DNA of 64,000 nt, taken from the NCBI GenBank assembly GCA_048213135.1, contig PS015203.1, forward strand, positions 62,001 through 126,000, given 5' to 3'. Position 1 is the first letter of the stretch, and the number at the start of each line of letters is the position of its first letter. The notes under the pieces were generated by a model. That model was not told where the DNA came from, did no database searches, and worked only from the letters and a program-made list of their open reading frames with translations. Of this stretch, positions 35,069-49,000 are shown piece after piece. The position numbers and the translations under genes are program-made. Source of the DNA: Reclinomonas americana ATCC 50394 (Eukaryota).

Positions 35069-38000
35069 GTACGTACGTACGTACGTACTACGTACGTACT
35101 ACTACGTACCGTACCGTACGTACGTACCGTACCGTACGTACCGTACCGTACCGTACCGTACGTACCGTANNNNNNNNNNNNNNNNNNNNNNNNNNNNNNN
35201 NNNNNNNNNNNNNNNNNNNNNNNNNNNNNNNNNNNNNNNNNNNNNNNNNNNNNNNNNNNNNNNNNNNNNNNNTTACCGGGTCCGGGGTCCGTTCCTTTCG
35301 TTCGTCGACCGTCCGGTCGCCTACCGTCCGTCGTCGTCTCGTCCGTCCGTCTCGTCCTCCTCACGCCTCTCCTCCTCCTCTCTCTCTCTCTCTCTCTCTC
35401 TCTCCTTGAAATAGAGCGATGATCTCACCTTATCGTCCGACCATGAACCCTCGTAGCGGCAGCCATTCGAGTAGACCAGCACGCCGAGGCCGTTTGCGCG
35501 GTCGTTGCGCCACTCGCCTTGGAACACGTCGCCGTTGTGGTAGTACAGGTCGCCCTGGGTGAGAGGGAGATGACAGTGAGCAGGGTGGAAGGGAGAGGAG
35601 ATGGAAGGAGAACAGAAAGTAGAATAACACAGAAACGGGGGAGACGACAGACTGAATGTCGACAGACTCGGTGACCTGGTGAGAAAGAAACAACTGATGA
35701 AGTGCAAGTGGCAGAGGCACAGACAAAACGGGTGCATAGAGCATGCGTTCTTATCGTCAGATTTAAAGCGACGAGAAAGAGAGAGAGAAGGAGAGAGAGA
35801 GACAGACGGCACCGCGCTCGAGAGAGAACTTCACCAGCGTAAATGTCTCCGAGGCAGAGAGAAAACAGGTGCTATCGTCAGCCACAGAGTGACGAGGANN
35901 NNNNNNNNNNNNNNNNNNNNNNNNNNNNNNNNNNNNNNNNNNNNNNNNNNNNNNNNNNNNNNNNNNNNNNNNNNNNNNNNNNNNNNNNNNNNNNNNNNNN
36001 NNNNNNNNNNNNNNNNNNNNNNNNNNNNNNNNNNNNNNNNNNNNNNNNNNNNNNNNNNNNNNNNNNNNNNNNNNNNNNNNNNNNNNNNNNNNNNNNNNNN
36101 NNNNNNNNNNNNNNNNNNNNNNNNNNNNNNNNNNNNNNNNNNNNNNNNNNNNNNNNNNNNNNNNNNNNNNNNNNNNNNNNNNNNNNNNNNNNNNNNNNNN
36201 NNNNNNNNNNNNNNNNNNNNNNNNNNNNNNNNNNNNNNNNNNNNNNNNNNNNNNNNNNNNNNNNNNNNNNNNNNNNNNNNNNNNNNNNNNNNNNNNNNNN
36301 NNNNNNNNNNNNNNNNNNNNNNNNNNNNNNNNNNNNNNNNNAGAGAGAGAGAGAGAGAGAGGAGAGGAAGGCAGAGGATGCTTGTGTCACCGAGACTGTG
36401 AAACAAGAGACGCATGGTACAAGAGTTGTCATCGCCGGAGCGCAAAAGAAGGAAGAGTGACTCAGTAACAGAGAGGGCGAGGCACAGCAAAGAAACAAAG
36501 AGATACTGAGAGAGAATGACCCTGCGGCCGAGAAAAGAGCCGCAGTGCAAGAGGATAGCTGCAGGAGTGGGAGAGAAGGAAGAGTGACTCAGCAACAGAG
36601 AGGGCGAGGCACACCAAGGAGACTAACAAATACTGAGAGAGGATGCCAATGTGGCTGAGAAGAGTGTAAAAGGGAGAAAAAGAGAGACTTTCCAACTCCC
36701 CACCCCCCTACACGATACCACAACCACCCTCCCTTTGTCACTCTTCCCCCTCTGCCACCCTCTTCCCTTCCCCCACCCCTTCCCCCTTTGCCACCCTCCC
36801 CCCTTTGCCACCCTTCCCCCTCCACGCACCTGCCCATGCTTCTTGCCCGCCAGCCAATCACCGACATACTTGTCGCCCTCGGCATATGTTAGCGTGCCCT
36901 TGCCGTGCGCCTTGTCGTCCTTCCACTGTCCCTCGTAGCGTTCGCCATTGACATATGTCAGTGTGCCCTGACCCTCCTTGACGTCGCGCACAAACTCGCC
37001 CTCGTATTTGTTGCCGTTGGGGAATATGTATGTACCCCGTCCGTGCATCTGCCCGTCGACCCACTCGCCATCGTACACTCCACCGTCGGCGTAATAGTAC
37101 TTGCCGAGGCCGTGCATTCGACCTGCGACAAACGGGAGGGGTGGGATTGAGCACAGCGCGCGTGCGCACACATCAACATTCCATCTCCAGCACGCACCAT
37201 CTACCCAGTCGCCCTCGTACTTTTCGGCCACGCTGCCGTCGGGTGCGGCGTAGGTGACCACACCGCGACCGGAGCGCCGATCCTCCTTCCACTCGCCGTC
37301 GTACTTGTCTCCGTTGGCGTACACGTACATGCCTGCAGTCGGCAGTGAGCACAGAAAGAGGAGCACTCGCCCGCGCGCCATGCGCACACACCTCTGCCGT
37401 GCATCTTTCCGTTCTTCCACTCGCCCTCGTATCGGTCGCCGTCGGCGTACACCAACTGGCCGCGACCGTGAATGCGACCCTCGACCCACTCGCCATCGTA
37501 GCGGTTGCCGCTGGCGTAGTAGCAAGTGCCGTGGCCGTGCACCTGAGCGCAGAGGTGCGAAATTGAGTGGATATTCAAGAGATAATCATGACACACCGAA
37601 ACCGACCTTGTCGTCCACCCACTCGCCCTCGTATCTGCTGCCGTCGCTGTACACGTAGGTTCCGATGCCGTGGCGCTTGCCGTGCACCCAGTCGCCCTGC
37701 AGAGAAGAGGAAGGGGATGCGTGAGCAAGATCCAAGATGCAATTCGCCATGCACCAAGACGAATTGGACATCGCATTGATCCAAAATGTCATGTGTCTTC
37801 CACTTTCCCTCTCTCTCTCACCGATGCTGCAGCCGCTTGTTGCTGCTGCTGCTGCTGCTGCTGCATCGCCGTCGCCATCAACTCTCGCTGTCTACGCTCC
37901 TCACAACTCTGACACCGACTGCACGACCGCTCACTGCTGGCATCGCTACGCGACCGCCGTGAACTGCGACTGCGATGCCGATGCCGCTCTTCCACCACCT

Positions 38001-38699
38001 CACGCTGCGGCTGCGGCGGTGGCGGCGGCGGAGTATGCTCACGGCGATGACGGTGCGACGAGGAGTGGTGACGCTCGTGCGCAACCGGCTGCTGATGCCG
38101 ACTACTTCTACTGCGCTCACTCGGGCTCTGCAGGAACTCTTGCTTCTGCTGCGCCGCATGCCGCTGCCGGCGCTGCTCTTCCTCCTCTCTCGCCACTGCA
38201 CGATCACGACTGCTGCTTCTCTCTCGGTGGTGATGGCGACTGTGCGAAGGCGATCGCGTCACCGATGTCCACTCAGGCATGGTGGTGGCTCTCGCTCGCA
38301 AAACACACACTGAAACAAACAAACAAACAAGAATGACAGATTGACAGGCAACAAAAGAGACCGCTGATTCACGAGCGCGGAGTATTACGTCTATGTGTAT
38401 CGGGGAGGTACATGACGTTCACAGGTTCAACGAGATCGTCTTCGCCGGTGGATGGAAGTGGAGGAGAGGAGACAGGGAGAAGGGAGTGAAATGTACAGGA
38501 GACATGCTTACTGCAAGAATGGTCTCTCTCCGTGTGTGCTCTTGTGTGTACGTGTGTGTGAGAGAGAGAGAGAGGGAATGAGGGAGAGAGAGTGAGAAAG
38601 AGGGAATGCACCTCGGTGATTCAGAGTCCTTCCTTGCAATGTATTTGTCGATCGCCCTCATTCCTCCTCCTCTCACTCTCCCTCTCTCCGCTCGCGCGC

Positions 38700-38748
<49 letters not shown>

Positions 38749-39372
38749 CGTGTGTGTGAGAGAGAGAGGGAGAGAGAGACTGCATCTGAGTCATTCCTTG
38801 CACTGGACTTATCGGTCTCCCTTTTTCCTCTCCCTCACTCACTCTCTCTCTCTCTCTCTGTGTGCGNNNNNNNNNNNNNNNNNNNNNNNNNNNNNNNNNN
38901 NNNNNNNNNNNNNNNNNNNNNNNNNNNNNNNNNNNNNNNNNNNNNNNNNNNNNNNNNNNNNNNNNNNNNNNNNNNNNNNNNNNNNNNNNNNNNNNNNNNN
39001 NNNNNNNNNNNNNNNNNNNNNNNNNNNNNNNNNNNNNNNNNNNNNNNNNNNNNNNNNNNNNNNNNNNNNNNNNNNNNNNNNNNNNNNNNNNNNNNNNNNN
39101 NNNNNNNNNNNNNNNNNNNNNNNNNNNNNNNNNNNNNNNNNNNNNNNNNNNNNNNNNNNNNNNNNNNNNNNNNNNNNNNNNNNNNNNNNNNNNNNNNNNN
39201 NNNNNNNNNNNNNNNNNNNNNNNCTCTCTCTCTTTCGTCGACTGCACTGAGCATGCAGATGCGTACGTATACGCACATACACATGTGTGCGCAGAGTATG
39301 CATCGTTCTTGTGTGCATGCAGTCGCGCTCTTTGTCGTGTATTGCAGCATTAGACACACACACACACACGCA

Positions 39373-39406
<34 letters not shown>

Positions 39407-40367
39407 GAGAGAGAGAGTGTGTGTGTGTGTGTGAGGGAGAGGAAAAAGGGAGACCGATAAGTCCAGTGCAAGAAGGGACTTGGATGCAGAAAGGGTCCGG
39501 CGCACGCATACACACACACACGNNNNNNNNNNNNNNNNNNNNNNNNNNNNNNNNNNNNNNNNNNNNNNNNNNNNNNNNNNNNNNNNNNNNNNNNNNNNNN
39601 NNNNNNNNNNNNNNNNNNNNNNNNNNNNNNNNNNNNNNNNNNNNNNNNNNNNNNNNNNNNNNNNNNNNNNNNNNNNNNNNNNNNNNNNNNNNNNNNNNNN
39701 NNNNNNNNNNNNNNNNNNNNNNNNNNNNNNNNNNNNNNNNNNNNNNNNNNNNNNNNNNNNNNNNNNNNNNNNNNNNNNNNNNNNNNNNNNNNNNNNNNNN
39801 NNNNNNNNNNNNNNNNNNNNNNNNNNNNNNNNNNNNNNNNNNNNNNNNNNNNNNNNNNNNNNNNNNNNNNNNNNNNNNNNNNNNNNNNNNNNNNNNNNNN
39901 NNNNNNNNNNNNNNNNNNNNNNNNNNNNNNNNNNNNNNNNNNNNNNNNNNNNNNNNNNNNNNNNNNNNNNNNNNNNNNNNNNNNNNNNNNNNNNNNNNNN
40001 NNNNNNNNNNNNNNNNNNNNNNNNNNNNNNNNNNNNNNNNNNNNNNNNNNNNNNNNNNNNNNNNNNNNNNNNNNNNNNNNNNNNNNNNNNNNNNNNNNNN
40101 NNNNNNNNNNNNNNNNNNNNNNNNNNNNNNNNNNNNNNNNNNNNNNNNNNNNNNNNNNNNNNNNNNNNNNNNNNAGTGTGCATTCATGCGTGACGCACAC
40201 CAAACACATGCACTTTCGTCACTCTCACTGTGTCTCTCACTCCCTCCCTCCCTCCCTCTCTCTCTCTCATGCACACACACACTGACCTCATACTTTTCAT
40301 GGTTGGGATACGTAAGGCATCCCTTGCCATGCATCTGGCCTTTTTCGATCTGACCCGTGTACAACAT
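34467..40367 (-). CDS. MORN1: MORN-repeat protein MORN1 orthologue
   Basis: [39 protein letters not shown].. continuous 23-aa YEGEWxxGxxHGxG repeats, a YAAPDG insertion and terminus WNNPDL*; this matches my recollection of trypanosomatid/apicomplexan MORN1 architecture. Confidence 0.9.
37822..38280 (-). CDS. Putative alternative first exon (or nested ORF) inside MORN1 intron 1
   Basis: GCCACCACC-ATG at 38280, 153 open codons (R/H/S/Q-rich), ending at a phase-0 GTGAG donor compatible with MORN1 exon 2 (starts 37696, phase 0). Confidence 0.5.
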
Positions 40368-41237
40368 TCTGCTGGCTGGTCTGGTCGCTCGAGAGAGAAA
40401 GAGAGAGAGACACACACACAAGGATCAAGTAAAGGTAAAGAGTGAGAAAGAGTGAGAGATAAAGAAGTCGCTCACGCGACGCGAACAATGGGGGAACGTT
40501 GCGGATTTGGTTGATTGGCGATCCGAGGAAATTCACAGGAAATAACAAAACAACATTGCTGATCGCCATCTTCAACAGCAACAACAACTTTACGAATAAC
40601 TGCAACACAGCTGCATGATGATCATATGAGTGAGCTCAAGAAACTGAGATATCACGAGAAAAGGTCGAGAAAAAGTCGAAGTTCAATCGCAACTACGTAC
40701 GCAGCGCGTGTCCAAAACATCAACACAAACACCAATCTTGAGGCAGCAGCAGGTTCCTTGTGTTCGTGTGTTCGCTCTCGGAGCTCCGAACAAGTCGAGA
40801 ACTGCGAATTCACCGCGTAAGCGTGGTTGACCACTGGATTTGACGCACTTGCAAAGACGCATAGCGTTTTCTGCGATCGTACACGGCACATCGAATTCGA
40901 GAAAAGGCCACAAGCCAGGCAAACAAAGCAAAAGCCGGGTCTGGATCCGTGGAGTCGTCAATGATGGTGTGACAGAAACAAAAGAGGGAGCATGTTACAA
41001 CAACAACCAACTGTACTACTTTACAAATCCAAACAGCAACAGCCGCATGATGATCACCATCTTGAGTGAGCACCAGAAACAGAGCATCACGAAAAAAAGC
41101 GAGAGATGGCTAATGCTGGTGTTTCTGCAAGAGAAACCACGGCTCGTGACTAGGGAGACAGCACGACAAGCTGGAGTTAAAGGTCAAAGGAAAAAGGACA
41201 GACAACGTGCAGTTCAGTCGGATTGACACCGCCAACG

Positions 41238-44200
41238 TCACAGCACCACACCTGCAGCCTCTCTTGCACGTCGTCGACAGAACATCAGCGCAGTGACCGC
41301 ATCCTTCGTATCCTGATGCCGTTCACCAAGCACCGCTCGACAACCATCAACACACTCCACCAATATTGCTTCTGCCTCGGCACACCGTTTCACCCTCGTG
41401 AGCACAATACCACAATTGCGCATCACAAACAATGTCTTCACATGCAAGTCTCCAAGTACCTCCCGCCGGGCGTGCAGGCACTCAAGTAACAAACCAGCAG
41501 CCTCCGCCATTGATTCCGGTGTGTTCTGCCGATTGAGTGAATTCGAAAGATTGCACATCGAGATGAGAGTGTCGGGATGGCGAGCACCAACTGCTGCTCG
41601 TCTCAACAGCAAGCATTCTCTGTCGAGTCGAATTTTCTCCTCCAGACGCGCACCATCTTCGATACACAAAGCCACGTCACTCATGGACGCCAGTGTGTCG
41701 GGATGTTCTGTTCCAAGCACCAGTCGTCGAACTTCCCAGCACTGTCGATAAAGAGTCTCCGCATCAGCAAACCGTTTCCGATCAAAATGGGTCAATGCCC
41801 TATAAAAGAGCGCTGTCAGCGAGTCCGGATGACTCTCACCCAGTGTCGCGCACTGCCGCTCATGACACTGCACCAAGCGTGGCAAGTCGCCTGAAAAGTG
41901 ACCAAACCACATCAAGCACCTAAAGGCGTCAATTTTATCGAGCACAGTCATCTCGCCAGTGCCATCTCCCTCCCACTCCTCGCACAACCCCCACGCATGC
42001 CCCCACGCTGTTTTGCGCTCATTCCCCTGAAGAAGCATGGAATGCAACCATCCTTGACACTTTGCCACCACGATGGCGAACCGTCGTCGCATTGGACTCA
42101 TCTCCATATCTCCAACTTCATGGTGTGCACACTCCGTCACGCGTTGAACAAGTGAACCAGCCACAGCTGCATCGAAGCCGACTGAAGGCAGTCGACCACC
42201 TTCACACAGCTCACCAATCCACTCCACCGCGCCACACTGCACCAGCAGCCCATTCACACCAACAGCATTCCTCGCCCACATCCCGTCGTCCTCACCCAAC
42301 CGTCGCCACACCGGGTGCAGCACACTGAGCAAGTCACGAGACACCAGCAGCACGCCGTCACTGTCAATCTGTGAATCAATCCCATTCAACACACAACACA
42401 CAAGTCGCACAATCAGTCGCTGCATCCGTGACACGGCATCTCCACACCGTCCCACAATCCACCCAGCAATCTCGTCGTGCACTCGATACTCCATCACCAC
42501 GTTGCTCTCCCTCACCTGCTCACCACATAATACACGAGCCACAAAATCCATGCTGCCACTGACACCCACCGTCACCAGATTCGACAAACACAGACCCTCC
42601 AGCACATCCTCCACTCCTTCCTCAACTCCACCACCAATCACCAACTCGTCACGCCGTACACGCACTCTTCGCTCCTCTTCCTCACTCATCTCGTCAAACT
42701 GCAGCCGCTCACCCACCACCTCGGGAGCACGACGTCGTCTCTGCCGTGCCAGCTCATGCAGTCGCAGTCGACGCACACACTGGCCCAACTCCACCAATCG
42801 ACTTGCCGCCTCCTCATCTTCATCACCATCACCATCCACAGCCATCGTCATATCGGGAATCACACGCAGCACGCCCAGCGCCACTCGTGCGAGTGCCACT
42901 GTCACCGACAAGCCGAGCTCCTTGCACGCCGTGATCAGCACCAACAGACGACGTGCTGCTGCTGTCTGTGACATCACATTGCATTCCAGTAGCTGTGAAA
43001 GTGCATCACCACCGATGCCACTCAGTACCTCCTCCAGTCGCGCTCCCACCAGCTGCGCAGGTGATTGGGACAGCAACCAGCTGCATGCCAGAAGGGAGAG
43101 AAGTAGTGAGTCTTCTCATGCACACCACTCCCCCACGCACTCAAAGCACTCACCCAACACAAGCACTCACTCGCAGTGCACTCTTCTCCTGTTGTCCACT
43201 CTCCAGCGCCTCCACAATTCGTCGACGCACGTCCCCCGACACCCTTTGCAGAAGTCGCTCCTCCACCAGCTGAACAATGTCCTCATTCTCCACGCTCTCC
43301 ACTCTCACGCACTCGACCTCTGCCTCGTGCATCATCGAGTCACGGATCTCATCCGTAACCCGCCCATATCGACTCGTCACCACCACAATCGGTGCCACCA
43401 TTCCACCTGCACACAGAAACACACACGATGTACATCAAGTCAGGATCCAACATCCAAGCAAGAATGAGAATTCTCTCTCTCCTGAAACGCACCCTCATCA
43501 GCACATTGAACAACACTCCTCACTTGCTCCGCCGATCCCACGTTGTCCAACACCATCACTCCACTCGATGCGTGCATCAACTGTCGCAGGAGACGGCGTG
43601 CTGGCTCCACTTCGCCACTTGCCAGCAGCGCATCCACCTGGCCGGCCATCCTTCGTCCCTCCACTTCATCCACTCGCATCTGTGCCGACACAAAGGCACG
43701 CAGACACTCGCCCAGAGCACTCCCCGCCTGCAGCACGTGGCAAGGGGAGAGTAGAGTCAGAATGACAACAGCAGGAGATGACGCAACATGAAAAGACAAC
43801 ATGCATGTTCCTCAGCACACCTTCACATGCTCCCTTGCATCACCCACATGACCACGCATCTCCACAGACACGGCCGATCCCTTCCATCGACGAGTCGCCA
43901 GCAACTCGGTCACCAGCAGCTCGGCTAGGAACGACTTGCCAGTGCCACCATCACCCGTCAGCACCACCATGATTGGTTGGTGTGCTGCGCAGGAATCATC
44001 CGCCACCAGACAACATGATGAGGCACGCGAATGTGGAAGAAGGAGGGGAGAGGGAGAATGAGGAGCACCCAACCTTCCACTGCCGCCACGATGCGCGTGG
44101 CGAGTGAGGCTGCCAGTGCCCGCCGACTTGGGAAGCGGAATGCAGTCACTGGATTGACGGTGCGGGCGATCAGCAGCGATGTCTTGGGTGTGAGACTGCT

Positions 44201-45623
44201 GTCTGGTGCTGTGTGGCACAGAGAGGAGTGAGTGAAGGAGCACAGCGATGCACAATCCATGCAGATCAACCATGGAACGCACCTGCAGCTGAGAGAGAAG
44301 AGGGAGAGGCGCTCATCGGGTCGTCTCCTTCGTGCATTTCCATCCGCATCTGATCAATTGACATGCAAGTGAGGAACAGAAAGTTATCTGCAAATGACCG
44401 CCTCGTCATGCAAACCCACTCAACTTGCTCCATGTGTGCCAGCAGCGAGTCTTGGTCAGCCTGACTCAGCGCACCTGCATTCACACACGCACAACCAAGA
44501 GAGCATCAGCATCCACATTCAATCCAAACACAAACAAGCACCAGCCATCTCTCTCCTCTGCACTCACCATCACGAGCCTCGTTCAGCTGCACCACCAATT
44601 CCTCCTCCATATCCCTGCCAATCTGCAGTCGCCGCACAAGCTGATGCAACTCGCCCTCTCCTCCTCCTCCGTCGCCGAGCAGATCTAGAGGCACAAAGAG
44701 TGCACGAGCTCGTGCGGGACTCGCATGCTCAAACACCTCCCTCATTCGCTCAATTGCATTGCGCTGTGTGACAACGAGAGAGTGAGAGGCACAATCACAC
44801 ACAGAGAGAGGGAGACCACACTCCTCCTCCTTCCTTCTCATTCTCGTACACACTCACCACATCGCCAGCTGGAATCAGACGATCCGGCTCGTCTCGCGGG
44901 TGCTCTCGATGACCCGCCAGCAGCAAGATCGAGCAGCACAGCATCGCACCAAATGAACTGCAGTCGTGCAGCTGGCCTCGCTGATGCCACTCGCGCACCA
45001 GCTGCCGCTCCTTCTCGTTCAACTGGACACACATGTCCACTCCGTCTGGCATCGTGCTGCACGGTGGGGAAAGCCACGAAGACAGAATGGATGCTGGTGA
45101 GTGAGGGAATGTGTGGCAAGAAAGAGGGCGATTCATCAGGGATAGAACGTGGAGATGAGTGTGGTGAGACAATGAAGAGTGCGAGAATGGGGAAGAAAGG
45201 GGGATGACCAGTGCATTACAATCTGCCACTTGCTCTGGCAATCTTTTCTCTTCTCCTCCATCTGCATCTTGCCATCTATGTGCTTCGGCATCCTCCCCCA
45301 CACGCACTCACCGCACATCACGCTCACTCGGCGCCTTGCACCACTCGTCAACGTGATTCACACCGGGATACGAATCGAGAAACGCCGGCAGCACTTGCTC
45401 GAGTTTGGATTGCAGAGCGCGGGTGCATGGACGTGACAGGGCTTTGGCAAGGCGAATCATGCATCCCTCATCACCAGGAACACCATCGTGATGATGACTG
45501 CACGACAGGAGAGGAGAAGAGATAGAACGAATCATACACAAGGTGAGAATGATGATGATGACGTAACAACAACAAAACGAGAGACACACGCAACTCAAGC
45601 GGCACTCCACTCCCACTCGCCAT
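41238..45623 (-). CDS. NLR-like STAND protein copy 1: putative HEPN - NB-ARC-like - TPR (11 exons)
   Basis: ATG 45623 (MASGSGVP); Walker A GDGGTGKS, Walker B VMVLDNV, sensor VVVTSR, MHD-like YRVHD, 42-aa TPRs (LGxxHPDTL); all junctions GT-AG and in phase. Confidence 0.85.
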
Positions 45624-46006
45624 GATGATGCGTCACAACAACAAGCACAACAACAACAACACTGACAGATGCACAGGGGAAAGACACACTCTCTCTCCAG
45701 AAGTGGACTAATGCAACAGCTCGCTCTCCTTCTCTCTTGCACACACGCACGCACACAGTGGAGAATGACACTGCCACAGAACAGAACAGAGAACGCACAA
45801 TCTCACTTCTGCTCACACGCTGTTTTACACAATTGTGGGACATGACTTCGTCGGAGTGAATGCGGGCTCACAAGACAGGAACAGAATGTCGTCATGAAGA
45901 GAGACTTGTGTTTGTATGCACACTGTGCCATGACACACGTAACAGTGGAGACTGATAGTCAAGACGAAACGTCGAGAGATAGTCTTGAGCGACAGAGAGG
46001 TCAACT

Positions 46007-49000
46007 TCATTGTAACAGCACGCCGGCCCTTCTTGCACGTCGCCGGCACTCGGTCAACATCCTAATGGTATTCATAGTCTTTGGATTCTCTTCACCAAGC
46101 ACCGCTCGCCGACCATCCACGCACTCCACCAGCAGCGCCTCTGCCTCCGCCCATTGTTGCTGCTCCATGAGCAGAATGCCGTCGTTGAATATTGTCTCCA
46201 ATGTTCGTTCATGCCTATCGCCCAGCAACTCACGTCGTCCCTCCACGCACTCACGGTACAAGTCAACAGCTTCCGCCAGTGATTCTGGTGTGCTTTGCTG
46301 CTCAAGAGCATCAGCAAGATTGTTCATAGAGATGAGAGTCTCGGGATGCTTGTCCCCCAGCGATGCTCGCTTCAACCACAAGCATTCTCTGTCCAGTTGC
46401 ACTCTCTCCTCCAAGCGACTGTCGTCTTGGATACACACGGCAACGTCGCTCATTGACACCAGTGTATCAGGATGCTCAGCACCAAGAACGTGTGCCTGCA
46501 TCTCCCAACACCGTCGATAGAGTATCTCTGCAGCAGCAAACTGCTGCCGCTTGTAGTGGTCTACGCCCTGGTTATACAGCGTCATAAGCGAGTCCGGGTG
46601 ACTCTCACCCAGTGCCGCGCACTGACGCTCATGGCACTGCACCAGCAGTGGCAACTTCTCTGAACAGAGAGCAATCCACATAAAGCACCGCAGTGAGTCA
46701 AGTCTGTCCAGCACTGTCATCTCGCCAGTGCCATCTCTCTCCCTCTCCTCACATAAACGCCACGCTTGCTGCCACGCCGCTTTGCGCTCATCCCGCTGAA
46801 AAAGCATGCGATGCAATCGTGCTTGACACTTTGCAGCCGCCATGGAAAGCTTTCGTCGCGTTGGACTCATCTCAACATCGCCAGCTGCGCGTTCTTCACA
46901 CTCCGTCACACGCCTCACAATCGACGAGGCTACAGTTGCACCAAACCCACGTGGCGGAAGTTCTCCACTGCTACACAACCCAGCCATCCACTCCACTCCT
47001 CCGAATTGTACATGTAGCCCATTCACACCAACAGCATCTCTCACCCACATGCTGTCATCCTCGCCCAATCGTCGCCACACTGTGTGAAGCACACCGAGCA
47101 CGTCTCGTGATATTAACAACTTACCATCGCTGTCATTCCACAGATCAATGCCATTCAACACACAACACACAAGTCGCACGATCAGTCGCTGCGCCCGTGA
47201 CACTGCACCTCCACACCGTTCAACAATCCGCTCAGCAATCTCGTCGTGCACTCGATACTCCATCGCCACGTTGCTCTCCCTCACTTGCTCACCACAAAGC
47301 ACACGAGCCACACTGTCCATGCTGCCACTGACACCCACCGTCACCAGATTCGACAAGCACAGACCCTCCAGCACCTCCACCACCTCGTCTTCTCCGTCAC
47401 CACCACCACAAACCAACTCATCACGCTGCGCATGCACTCGCTGCTCCTCCTCCTCACTCATCTCGTCAAACTGCAGTCCCTCACCCACAACCGCAGGTGC
47501 ACGTCGTCGCCTCTCCTGTGCCAGCCCATGCAATCGCAGTCGACGCACACACTGGCTCAACTCCACCAGTCGACATGCCGCCTCTTCATCCTCATCCACA
47601 GCAGCCTGCCCACCACCATCACCATCCACAACCGCCGCCACATCGGGTATCACTCGCAGCACACCCAGTGCCACTCGTGCAAGTGCCCCAGTCACCGGCA
47701 AGCCGAGTTCCTTGCACGCCGTAATTAGAACCAACAGACGACGTGCTGCAGCTGTCTGTGACATCACATTGCGTTCCAGTAGCTGTGAAAGTGCATCACC
47801 ACCGATGCCACTCAGTACCTCCTCCAGTCGCGCTCCCACCAGCTGTGATGGCGATTGTGACAGCAACCAGCTGCATGACGAAGAAAACAAGAGAGAAGAG
47901 TGAGTTGTCTCATTCACAACCACTCACACAATCACTCACTCACTCACCCAACACAAGCACTCACTCGCAGTGCACTCTTCTCCTGCTGTCCACCCTCCAG
48001 CGCCTCCACAATCTGTCGTCGCACATCCCCCGACACCCTTTGCAGAAGTCGCTCCTCCACCAGCTGCACAATGTCCTCGTTCTCTACACTCTCCACTCGC
48101 ACGCACTCGACCTCCGCCTCGTGCATCATCGAGTCACGGATCTCATCCGCAACCCGCCCATATCGACTCGTCACCACCACAATCGGTGCCACCATTCCAC
48201 CTGCACACACGCATGATGAACATCAAGTCAGGATCAAAAATCCAAGCAAGAACGAATTCTCTCTCTCCTGAAACGAACCCTCATCAGCACATTGAACCAC
48301 ACTCCTCACTTGCTCCGCCGATCCCACATTGTCCAGCACCATCACTCCACTCGATGCATGCATCAGCTGTCGCAGGAGACGACGCGCTGGCTCCACTTCG
48401 CCACTCGCCAGCAGCGCATCCACCTGACCGGCCATCCTTCGTCCGTCTACTTCGTCCATTCGCATCTGTGCCGTCACAAAGGCACGCAGACACTCGCCCA
48501 GAGCACTCTCCGCCTGCAGCATGCGGCAAGGAGAGAGGGAGAGAGTCAGAATGACAGGGAAGGAGATGGTGCATGAAAGAAAACATGCATGCTCATCAGC
48601 ACACCTTCACGTGCTCCCTCGCATCACCCACATGACCACGCATCTCCACCGACACGGCCGATCCCTTCCATCGACGAGTGGCCATCAATTCGGTCACCAG
48701 CAGCTCGGCCAGGAATGACTTGCCAGTGCCACCATCACCCGTCAGCACCACAATGATTGGACGATGTGCTGCGCAAGAGTCATCCACCACAAGACAAACA
48801 TGATAAGACAAACGAATGTGAGGGAAGAAAGTAAGGGAGAATGAGAAGGAACATCCGACCTTCAACAGCATCCACAATGCGCGTGGCGAGTGAGGTTGCC
48901 AGTGCACGTCGACTTGGGAAGCGGAATGTGGTCACTGGATTGACGTTGCGGGCGATGAGCGGTGTCCTGGGTGGGCGACTGCTGTCGAACGCTGTGTGGC

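Noticed and set aside
38797-39472. 42-bp perfect inverted repeat (38797-38838 / 39431-39472)
   Set aside because: The arms sit on different small contigs separated by N gaps; it may be a mis-oriented or allelic contig, and no target-site duplication or transposase supports a MITE.
40626-41226. Short ORFs between MORN1 and the array
   Set aside because: No recognisable motif or consistent splice chain; treated as intergenic, although a small gene cannot be excluded.
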